Shown here piece after piece: positions 56,647 through 64,000 of a stretch of 64,000 nt of DNA. The notes under the pieces were generated by a model that had not been told where the DNA came from, did not search any database, and was given only the letters and a program-made list of their open reading frames with translations. How positions within the stretch are numbered: the stretch's first letter is position 1; each line of letters begins with the position of its first letter. Origin of the DNA: Thermococcaceae archaeon (GTDB lineage: Archaea > Methanobacteriota_B > Thermococci > Thermococcales > Thermococcaceae); NCBI GenBank assembly GCA_030156945.1, contig JASGLT010000010.1, positions 1,068-65,067 on the forward strand. The letters are read 5' to 3'. The translations under genes were made by a program, and so were the position numbers.

Positions 56647-56697
56647 ACCACAAATATGTCCAGCAATGTTTATATAATTTACCTCCAAGTACAAACT

Positions 56698-56904
56698 ATG
56701 TCATGGAGAAGCTTGATAGTGGGTGGGGTTGGAGTTCTGCTGGTCGCGGCGTATGGAGTAGATCGACTTCTGTTCATCTCTCTGCTCTCCGTGCTGGGCC
56801 TCTTCGTTCTGCTGATGCTGGTAAACCATGAGGAGCCGAGCACCCTCGATATTCCTTGCGATCCCAGGGAGGACATGAGTGCATACAACCCGAAGCTCCT
56901 CTGA
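56698..56904 (+). CDS. Small membrane hypothetical protein
   Basis: Two hydrophobic segments; ATG 56698 is downstream of TATA TTTATATAA (56669-56677). Confidence 0.6.
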   Translation: MSWRSLIVGGVGVLLVAAYGVDRLLFISLLSVLGLFVLLMLVNHEEPSTLDIPCDPREDMSAYNPKLL

Positions 56905-56918
56905 GGAAAAAAGAAAAA

Positions 56919-57521
56919 TCAAAGAAGCTCCTTCACCGCTTTGTATCCAAGCTCAAAGGCCCTTACGTTGGCTTCCACAGCCTTCTCCGGCACGCTGGCC
57001 TTCACGGCCTCAAGCATCGTCTCCTTGTCTATTGGGAAGTCTGGAAGGGCCGTTAGAGCACCGACGAGGACGACGTTTTGAGCGAGAGCAGTTCCCGCTT
57101 CTTCAGCCAGCTTGAGGGCGTCTATCTCGTAGAGCTTAGCACCGGATTTCCTTATGTTCTCGACTATCTCCTCGTAGGTGATGTATTTGTCTATCTTGCC
57201 CTTCACGAAGTTTTCCGTCTCGTAGGGGTGGTGGATGAGGCGCGTGTTGGTTATGACAGTTCCACCGGGCTTGAGGAAGTAAATGTACCTTAAAGCCTCC
57301 ATCGGCTCGAGCGCCAAAATCACGTCCGCCTCGCCGTAGGGAATGAGCGGTGAGAGGCCTTCACCGATGCGCTGGTGGACTATAACGGAACCGCTTCTCT
57401 GGGAGAGGCCGTGGAGCTCACCGCTAACAACGTGGATTCCCTTCCTCGCACAGGCCTCGCCGACTATGTTGGACATGAGCACTATTCCCTGCCCGCCGAC
57501 GCCGCAGTAGATGACGTTCAT
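56919..57521 (-). CDS. iorB: Indolepyruvate:ferredoxin oxidoreductase beta subunit
   Basis: 'CGVGGQGIV', 'GELHGLSQRSGSV', 'LEPMEALR', 'NVVLVGA'. Confidence 0.93.
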   Translation of the reverse strand: MNVIYCGVGGQGIVLMSNIVGEACARKGIHVVSGELHGLSQRSGSVIVHQRIGEGLSPLIPYGEADVILALEPMEALRYIYFLKPGGTVITNTRLIHHPYETENFVKGKIDKYITYEEIVENIRKSGAKLYEIDALKLAEEAGTALAQNVVLVGALTALPDFPIDKETMLEAVKASVPEKAVEANVRAFELGYKAVKELL

Positions 57522-59521
57522 TGTCCTCCCCTCCTGAGCATTATCTGCTCAAGTTCGCGGTAATCTTCTATCGTCACGTAGGGCTTGTCCTCGCCGCCGT
57601 AGAGAATCGCCGTCGAGTGAATCGCGTTGTGAGGACACAGCTGGGAGCAGACGCCGCAGCCGACGCAGACCTCTGGAAGAATCTTCGCCTTCAGGTCGGT
57701 CTCGTCTATGACTATCGCCGGACAGCCGAAGTCCCTTATGCAGTTGTAGGCCCTCTCGCATGCTTCCTTGTCAACGAAGTAGGGGACGATTTTTCCTCCG
57801 GCACGTCTGTATTCGCGGAAGTGGTAGAGGGCGCAGTCTCCCCTCGATATGACCACGGAGAGGCCGTCGTACTTCAAAGCCTCCCTGAGCTTGCCTATGT
57901 TCTTTCTCGCCTGGAAGGAGTCTATAACCACTATCTTTTCCACGCCGAGACCTCTCAAAACGCTCTCTATGTCTATACGCTTCTCGTAGGGGTTCACCTT
58001 CTTCGGACTGCCGGGGTGAGCCTGCTGGCCTGTCATGGCCGTTACTGCGTTGTCGAGAATTATGAGGGTCATTTTGGAATTGTTCCTGATGGCGTTGACT
58101 ATTCCCGGTAAAGCCGCGTGGAAGAACGTTGAGTCACCTACAAGCGCCACCACCCTCTCCTGAGCGGAATGCTGGACGCCGTGCGCTATTCCGAGGGAAG
58201 CGCCCATCGCCAAGAGAGAATCAGTCCAGCCGATGTGCTCCAAAGCCAGCATCGAGTAGCAGCCGATGTCGTTCGCTAAGTAGTAGTTCTCCGGCCTGCC
58301 CATCGCCCTCCTCAAGGCCCAGAAAGTAGCTCTGTGAGGACAGCCGGCGCAGAAGGTGGGCATCCTCGGCGGGGCGAGCTTTGCGAGCTCCCACATCCTC
58401 TTGAAGTGCCCCTCGTAGTCAAAGGGGAGCTCCCTTCCGAGAACCTCGGCGAGAACCTTGATGACTATCGGGACGTTGTACTCGAGCATCTCAAGGAAGT
58501 GGCCGCTCTTCTTGCCGATTATCTCGAGGTTTGGGTTTCTTTCCTTCGCTATTTGCCTCACAAAGCCCTCTATGTAGGGGAAGAGTTCTTCAACCACCAC
58601 TACCTTATCCAGGCCCTCTATGAAGTCCCCGATGAGCTTCTCCGGGATTGGGTTGAGAACGCCGAGCTTAAGGACGTAGGCCTCTCCCCCGAGCTTCTGG
58701 AGGCTTTCGAGGACGTAGGAGTAGGAGACGCCTGATGTGATGACGCCGATCCCCTTCGCCTCCTCGGGCTTTACTTCCTTCGCTTCCTTGCCGTCGAAGT
58801 ACTCAACGCGGTTCAGGGCCAGGAACTCTGGGTCTTCCTTCATTTTCGCTATCTTCTCCAAGAGCTCCGCCTTGAACTTCCTCGCGAGCGAACCAACGGT
58901 CGCGTAGCTCCTCCGGTTCTCCTTCCATGAAAGCTTATCGAAGGGAGTCCTCTCAAGCTTTCCAACCTTTACGAGGCCGCTCTGGTGGTTCACCCTCGTC
59001 GTCGTCCTTACAAGAACAACGCTCCCGTACTTCTCGCTCAGCTCGAAGGCCTTCTTTACCATCTCGTAGGCTTCCTGAGGGTTGGAAGGTTCGAGCATCG
59101 GAAGATATGCGGTGTAGCCAAACCACCTGCCGTCCTGCTCGGACTGAGAGGAGTGGGCATAGGGATCGTCCGCTATAACAACAACGAGCCCGCCTTTGAC
59201 TCCCGTGTAAGCGAGCGAGTAAAGCGTATCAGATGCTACGTTTCCGCCGACGCTCTTCATTGACGTGAACCCTCTGAGGCCGACGAAAGCGGCTCCGGCA
59301 GCGGTCTCAAGGGCAACCTTCTCGTTGGCCGCTATCTCAACGACGATGTCGTCTCGGTAGTGGGAGACCCTCTCGAAGGTGTCGAGGATTTCCGTCTGCG
59401 GCGAACCGGGGTAGAATGCCGCAACCTTCACGTCCGCCTCAAGGGCGGCCCTGACTATGGCCTCGTTTGCCAGCATATACCCCGTGTGGGGCTCCTCTTT
59501 CAGAACTTCTTTAAGCGACAT
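57518..59521 (-). CDS. iorA: Indolepyruvate:ferredoxin oxidoreductase alpha subunit
   Basis: 'ANEAIVRAALE', 'YPGSPQTE', 'NEKVALE', 'SSQSEQD', 'FCAGCPHR', 'DIGCY', 'GDSTFFH', C-terminal 'CVGCGVCSQLCP'. Confidence 0.95.
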   Translation of the reverse strand: MSLKEVLKEEPHTGYMLANEAIVRAALEADVKVAAFYPGSPQTEILDTFERVSHYRDDIVVEIAANEKVALETAAGAAFVGLRGFTSMKSVGGNVASDTLYSLAYTGVKGGLVVVIADDPYAHSSQSEQDGRWFGYTAYLPMLEPSNPQEAYEMVKKAFELSEKYGSVVLVRTTTRVNHQSGLVKVGKLERTPFDKLSWKENRRSYATVGSLARKFKAELLEKIAKMKEDPEFLALNRVEYFDGKEAKEVKPEEAKGIGVITSGVSYSYVLESLQKLGGEAYVLKLGVLNPIPEKLIGDFIEGLDKVVVVEELFPYIEGFVRQIAKERNPNLEIIGKKSGHFLEMLEYNVPIVIKVLAEVLGRELPFDYEGHFKRMWELAKLAPPRMPTFCAGCPHRATFWALRRAMGRPENYYLANDIGCYSMLALEHIGWTDSLLAMGASLGIAHGVQHSAQERVVALVGDSTFFHAALPGIVNAIRNNSKMTLIILDNAVTAMTGQQAHPGSPKKVNPYEKRIDIESVLRGLGVEKIVVIDSFQARKNIGKLREALKYDGLSVVISRGDCALYHFREYRRAGGKIVPYFVDKEACERAYNCIRDFGCPAIVIDETDLKAKILPEVCVGCGVCSQLCPHNAIHSTAILYGGEDKPYVTIEDYRELEQIMLRRGGQ

Positions 59522-59581
59522 GGAAACACCAAAAGGTTTAGGAAGCGAACCTATATATCCTTTTTCTGAACAGGAACGGGC

Positions 59582-59625
59582 AGTGTTAAACATTCTTGAG
59601 ATTGAAAGTGGAAGTGTTAAACACT
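59582..59625. promoter_or_regulatory. Two copies of a 13-bp palindromic operator-like site upstream of iorA
   Basis: AGTGTTAAACATT (59582-59594) and AGTGTTAAACACT (59613-59625, perfect 6-bp inverted repeat), 31 bp apart, upstream of the minus-strand TATA at about 59551-59558. Confidence 0.55.
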
Positions 59626-59652
59626 CCAAAGGCAAAAACGAAAAAAGAAAAC

Positions 59653-60771
59653 TCACAGCAGCTCCTCGACGAGCTCCGCTGTGGCGCTTCTTGCTTTGCT
59701 CCTGAGCCTTTCGAGGTGTTCACTTAAGGCTTCGCCAATGCCGTGCACGAAGAGGCTCATGGCCTCCTCCCTGTCAAGGCCGCGGGCGCGGAGGTAGAAG
59801 AGCGCATCCTCGTCGAACTGCCTGACGGAGGACGAGTGGGCGGCGTTCTCTATCTCTCCGGTGTCAACTTCAAGCATCGGCACGCTCACGCCGAGGGAGC
59901 CCTCGTCCATTATGGTCACCTCGGAGACCACGACGCTCGAAGAACCCTTGGCCCGCTCGAAGACCTTCGCAGTGCCCCTGTGAACGGTCCAGCCGTTTTT
60001 GTAGGAGAAGCCGTGAACCTTCGTCTCGCTCCTGCTCCCTTCACCGTACTGGAGCACGTTGGTGAGGTAATCAACGGCCGAGCCTATCCCAATGGGTATC
60101 CCCCTCAGGAGGAGCTCGCTTTCCTTTCCTTCGAGAGAATAGTCCTCGCGGTGGTGGCTCATCACCCCTCCGTGAATCGCGCTGAAGGCCCTGACCCTGC
60201 TCTCCCCCGTGAGGCTGGCCCTCAGGAGGTAGTGCGAGAGGGCTTTGTGCTTTCCGATCGTGAGCAGCTCTATCTCGGCGTTTCTGGCCTTCAGCTCGAC
60301 CACGAGGGATTTGGCCCCTTCTTCGGCCATATCGTAGATGATTACCGGCACTCTGGCGTTCTCGACCTCTATGCTGAGGTGGTGGCTTACGAAGGCCTTC
60401 TCGGAGAGGTGGGAGACGATAACGAGCGGCTCCGTGAGGTCTCCCCTAATCCTGAGCCCATAGGCCTTCTTGAGGGCATAGAAGTGGAAGCCCAGAATCC
60501 TCGACTCCTCGGGCTGCGACAGTCCAAGTGTCCCCTCCGTGAGCTCTACTCCATTGGGCAGGTTAAATCTCGCCTCGCTTCCCGAAAACGTGACGTGCCC
60601 TTCAACCGGAACCTCGCCCGCCTTTGCTTCCGTCGGGAGCCTTAAGGGGGAGTTCTCCTCGAAGAGCTTCCACTTCGTGTAGCTCCTTATCGTCGGGCTG
60701 TCGCCGTACTTCTGGTAGGTGAGCCTTTCAAGGGCCTCCCTGGTTATTCTTGGAAGTTCAGCAACCATCAT
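59653..60771 (-). CDS. sufD: SufD-like Fe-S assembly protein
   Basis: Beta-helix SufBD family, 'HSSSVRQFDEDALFYLRARG'; downstream of sufB. Confidence 0.9.
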   Translation of the reverse strand: MMVAELPRITREALERLTYQKYGDSPTIRSYTKWKLFEENSPLRLPTEAKAGEVPVEGHVTFSGSEARFNLPNGVELTEGTLGLSQPEESRILGFHFYALKKAYGLRIRGDLTEPLVIVSHLSEKAFVSHHLSIEVENARVPVIIYDMAEEGAKSLVVELKARNAEIELLTIGKHKALSHYLLRASLTGESRVRAFSAIHGGVMSHHREDYSLEGKESELLLRGIPIGIGSAVDYLTNVLQYGEGSRSETKVHGFSYKNGWTVHRGTAKVFERAKGSSSVVVSEVTIMDEGSLGVSVPMLEVDTGEIENAAHSSSVRQFDEDALFYLRARGLDREEAMSLFVHGIGEALSEHLERLRSKARSATAELVEELL

Positions 60772-62195
60772 CCAACACCCCCAACCTCGCTGAACTCAAG
60801 CTCTATGACCTTCTTGAGCACCTCCACGTACTCGAAGGGCAGGCCCTCAAGAACCTCGCTGATGAAGCCCAGAACGATGAGGCTCTTGGCCTCTTCCTCG
60901 CTTATGCCGCGGGAGTTCATGTAGAACAGCTTGTCCTCGCTCAGCTTTCCCGTGGTTGCCTCGTGGATTATGCTCGCCGAGGGCTCGTCGTTCTGGTTGT
61001 GGGGATAGGTGTAGGCCTTGCTCTTTTCGTCGAGGATGAGCGAGTCACAGGAGACCGTTGCGGTGGAGTTTTTGGCCCCCTTCATTATCCTAACGAGGCC
61101 ACGGTAGATGTTGGTTCCCCCGTTGGCGCTTATGCTCTTCGAGACTATCTTCGAGCTGGTGTTTGGGGCCAAATGCCAGGTCTTGGCGCCGGTATCCTTG
61201 AGGTAGGGCCCGTTGCTGAGTGAGACCACGTACTGGGCTGTCCTAGCTCCTTCTCCCTTCAGGACGCTCGAGGGGTAGGTGTAAGTTATGTGGCTCCCTA
61301 TGCTGCCCTCTATCCACTCGACGTAGGCGTTCTCCTCTAGGATAGCCCTCTTGTTGTTGAAGTTGATGACGTTCCTGCTCCAGTTCTGTATGGTCGTGAA
61401 CTTGACGGTTGCTCCCTTGTGGGCGTAAATCTCTACCATGCCGTCGTGGAAGGAGAAGCCCTTGTACATCGGTGCTGAACAGCCCTCTATGAAGTGGACG
61501 TAGCTGCCCTCGTCCGCTATCAGGAGAGTGTGCTCGAACTGGCCCTCCAAAGCCGAACCTATGACGAAGAAGGCCTCTATCGGGAAGGGAACCCTTACAC
61601 CCTTAGGGATGTAGACGAAGGCCCCACCGCTCCAGAGGGCGTGGTGTAGAGCGGAAAACTTGTGCTCACCCGGAGGGAAGACTTTCCCGAAGTACTTCTT
61701 GACCAGCTCAGGGTACTTCTGAACTGCTTCCTCCATGGGGAGCATTATGATGCCCTTCTTCTCGAACTCCTCCTTGAGTTGAGAATAAACGCTCTCGCTG
61801 TCGAAAACAGCGGTTAAGCCGGAGAGGAACCTCTTCTCTATCTCCGGGATGTTAAGCCTCTCAAATACCTTCCGAATGTTCTCGGGCAGGTCGTCCCAGT
61901 CCCTTACCTCCTTCTCAAGCTCGGGCTTTGAGTAGAGGGAGAAGCTCTCGACGTCGAGCTCATCTATCCCAACCACCCACCTCGGCATGGGGAGCTTTTT
62001 GAAGAGCTCTAAGGCTTTTAACCTGTGTCTGAGCATCCACTCTGGCTCGTTCTTTATCCTCGAAATTTCCCTGACGGCATCCTCCGTGATCTCGCCCCTG
62101 AGCTCGATCTCCTTGGGGTAGGGAACGGCCGTTCCAAGAATCTCCTCAAGGGAGCCCGCCTTCAGGATTTCCTCAAGCTTTGAGTGCTCTCTCAT
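60768..62195 (-). CDS. sufB: Fe-S cluster assembly protein SufB
   Basis: 'EPEWML..R', 'FDSES', 'QFEHTLLIA', 'IEGCSAP', 'HEATTGK', 'FYMNSRGI'. Confidence 0.96.
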   Translation of the reverse strand: MREHSKLEEILKAGSLEEILGTAVPYPKEIELRGEITEDAVREISRIKNEPEWMLRHRLKALELFKKLPMPRWVVGIDELDVESFSLYSKPELEKEVRDWDDLPENIRKVFERLNIPEIEKRFLSGLTAVFDSESVYSQLKEEFEKKGIIMLPMEEAVQKYPELVKKYFGKVFPPGEHKFSALHHALWSGGAFVYIPKGVRVPFPIEAFFVIGSALEGQFEHTLLIADEGSYVHFIEGCSAPMYKGFSFHDGMVEIYAHKGATVKFTTIQNWSRNVINFNNKRAILEENAYVEWIEGSIGSHITYTYPSSVLKGEGARTAQYVVSLSNGPYLKDTGAKTWHLAPNTSSKIVSKSISANGGTNIYRGLVRIMKGAKNSTATVSCDSLILDEKSKAYTYPHNQNDEPSASIIHEATTGKLSEDKLFYMNSRGISEEEAKSLIVLGFISEVLEGLPFEYVEVLKKVIELEFSEVGGVG

Positions 62196-62917
62196 AGCTC
62201 CTCCACCGCCGCAAAGCCCTTCTCCTCTATGATCCTCACAAGTTCGACTCCTCCAGATTTAACAAGCCTGCCCTCCTTGAGGACGTGGACCCTGTTGGGC
62301 TTGAGGTACTCCAAAATCCGGCCGTAGTGAGTGATTAGGAGTATTGAAGTCCCCTCCTCGTGGAGCCTGTTTATGATACTCGCTATCACCTTGAGCGAGT
62401 CAACGTCAACACCGCTGTCCGGTTCATCTAAGATCAGGAGCTTCGGCCTCACGAGATAAGCCTGGAGCATTTCAAGCTTCTTCCTCTCTCCTCCAGAGAA
62501 GCCGACGTTCAAGAACCTTGTAAGAATCGACTCATCAAGTCCAAGCTCCTCAACGGCCTTGAAGATCATGTCGTAGGCCTCGACCTCGTCTATTCCTCTG
62601 AGGTTCTTCAGAACCCTCTGAAGGAAGTTTATGACCTTAACTCCCTCAACCTCTACCGGGTGCTGGAAGCTGAGGAAAATTCCCTTCTTTGCCCTCTCTT
62701 CAGGCTTTGCCTCAGTTATATCCTCCCCCTCAAAGAGTATTCTGCCCTCAGTGACGGTGTACTTTGGATGGCCAGCAATCGTGAGCGCAAGCGTTGACTT
62801 TCCAGAACCGTTGGGCCCCATGACGACGTGGAGCTCCCCCTTTTCAAGGTTTAAACTTACACCGTGCAGGATTTCCTTATCGGACACACTGACGTGGAGA
62901 TTTTCCACCTTAAGCAT
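62192..62917 (-). CDS. sufC: Fe-S cluster assembly ATPase SufC
   Basis: 'MGPNGSGKST', 'FQHPVEV', 'GFSGGERK', 'ILDEPDSG', 'ITHY'. Confidence 0.96.
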   Translation of the reverse strand: MLKVENLHVSVSDKEILHGVSLNLEKGELHVVMGPNGSGKSTLALTIAGHPKYTVTEGRILFEGEDITEAKPEERAKKGIFLSFQHPVEVEGVKVINFLQRVLKNLRGIDEVEAYDMIFKAVEELGLDESILTRFLNVGFSGGERKKLEMLQAYLVRPKLLILDEPDSGVDVDSLKVIASIINRLHEEGTSILLITHYGRILEYLKPNRVHVLKEGRLVKSGGVELVRIIEEKGFAAVEEL

Positions 62918-63012
62918 GAACATCACCCCTTTTACTTACACGGTTCTGGGTAGAAAAGCACGCTTTTAAAACCTTTCTTCACAGATTTGAGTAGTATTCA
63001 AAAAACGAAAGC

Positions 63013-64000
63013 TCACCCCCTCAGTCCAGCCTCTTCAAGTACAGCCAAAACACGCCGGAACTCCTCAAGTTTACCCCCTGTCACGACCCTCTCGGGCCTG
63101 AAGGGGCAGTCGCAGTGGGGGTATTCGAGGAAGGCCTCGTAAGTCCCGATTCTCCTCGCTATCGCCACTATCTCCTCCTTATCCATACCGAGAAGCGGCC
63201 TGTGGACGGGGAAGTCCACGCTCATCGTCTCGAAGTAGAGGTTGGCGAGTGTTTGAGAGGCCACCTGGCCGAGGGAATCCCCAGTGACTATTCCAAGGGC
63301 TCCCCTCTCCCTCGCTATCTCCGCTGCCCTCCTCAGCATTGCCACCTTGCAGACAACGCACGTCCACTCGCGGAGCTTCGCCTTTGCCAGCGCGGAGACG
63401 TAGGGTTTGAGAACCTCAAAGTGGTTCTCCACGATGAGCTCTATCGGCTCAGGTGAGTAGTCACTCAGTATGTCGACGACCCTCTCAACGACGCTCCTGG
63501 CATTAGTTCCTTGATCGAAGTGGAGCGCTATTACCTCCGCTCCCCTCTTGAGCATGAGAAAAGCTGCCACCGGGGAATCTATGCCTCCGCTTAAAAGAAC
63601 CACGACCTTTCCCTGTGTGCCCACGGGAAGACCGCCAACGCCCCGTATCTTCTCGAAGAATACGTAGGCCTTGCCGTTTATTATCTCAATGCCTACGGTA
63701 AGCTCCGGGTTCTCTAGATCAACCTTCCACCCAAACTCCTTGACAATAAAAGCCCCTATCTCCCTGTTGACCTCCATAGATGTCTTCAAAAAAGTCTTAT
63801 CCAGTCTTTGAGTTTCAACTTTAAAGCTCCTTGGATTAAACTGTCTAAGGGCTTTCTTGAGATATACAGGAACTTCGTCGTAGTCCATAGCTCTAGCAGG
63901 AGATACAGACACCACCCCGGGGATTTTGGCTATTATCTCCGCTGCTTCATCCGGGGCATCAACGAGAATCCTTCCCCTTATTACCTTCACTTTTCCAATT
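63013..64000 (-). CDS. thiI: tRNA 4-thiouridine synthase ThiI (5' end beyond the window)
   Basis: THUMP domain, 'GGLPVG', PP-loop 'LLSGGIDSPVA', 'TGDSLGQVASQTL', 'HRPLLGMDK', 'CDC'. The frame is open to the window edge. Confidence 0.95.
   Translation of the reverse strand, partial: IGKVKVIRGRILVDAPDEAAEIIAKIPGVVSVSPARAMDYDEVPVYLKKALRQFNPRSFKVETQRLDKTFLKTSMEVNREIGAFIVKEFGWKVDLENPELTVGIEIINGKAYVFFEKIRGVGGLPVGTQGKVVVLLSGGIDSPVAAFLMLKRGAEVIALHFDQGTNARSVVERVVDILSDYSPEPIELIVENHFEVLKPYVSALAKAKLREWTCVVCKVAMLRRAAEIARERGALGIVTGDSLGQVASQTLANLYFETMSVDFPVHRPLLGMDKEEIVAIARRIGTYEAFLEYPHCDCPFRPERVVTGGKLEEFRRVLAVLEEAGLRG

Noticed and set aside
1-64000. tRNA/rRNA genes, CRISPR arrays, IS elements, inteins
   Set aside because: No T-loop/anticodon structures, regularly spaced repeats, transposase ORFs, terminal inverted repeats or intein splice motifs were seen in a manual read.

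Overview
64 kb of a Thermococcales (most likely Thermococcus) chromosome. The assignment rests on protein families, GGTGA-type Shine-Dalgarno sites, TTTA(T/A)A TATA boxes and oligo-T terminators. Most of the window is core metabolism and information processing: ndk, aIF5B, an rRNA m5U methyltransferase, a seven-subunit 2-oxoacid:ferredoxin oxidoreductase operon interrupted by an MNT-HEPN pair, RaSEA, surE, ftsY, a bacterial-type ribD-E-BA-H operon, purO/purP/purC, thiC / thi4-thiM-thiE-thiDN, slyD, cysS, ahcY, arsC/acr3, a WOR5-type tungsten oxidoreductase, iorAB, sufCBD and a partial thiI. Small AT-richer accessory patches hold secreted and membrane proteins and several gene remnants. I found no tRNA, rRNA, CRISPR array or intact mobile element. 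The most notable observations are: (1) a membrane protein with a bis-His transmembrane helix fused to a cytochrome b5 domain, in a small divergent module with a Cys-cluster Lrp regulator, in a lineage regarded as lacking cytochromes; (2) an unannotated double-guide box C/D sRNA upstream of ftsY; (3) a decaying family of secreted-protease / Cys-containing membrane-protein cassettes; (4) an HU-arm-like motif inside a lipoprotein; (5) an orphan antitoxin followed by a 21-codon PIN-toxin stump. Family calls come from motif recognition and recall, not database searches.
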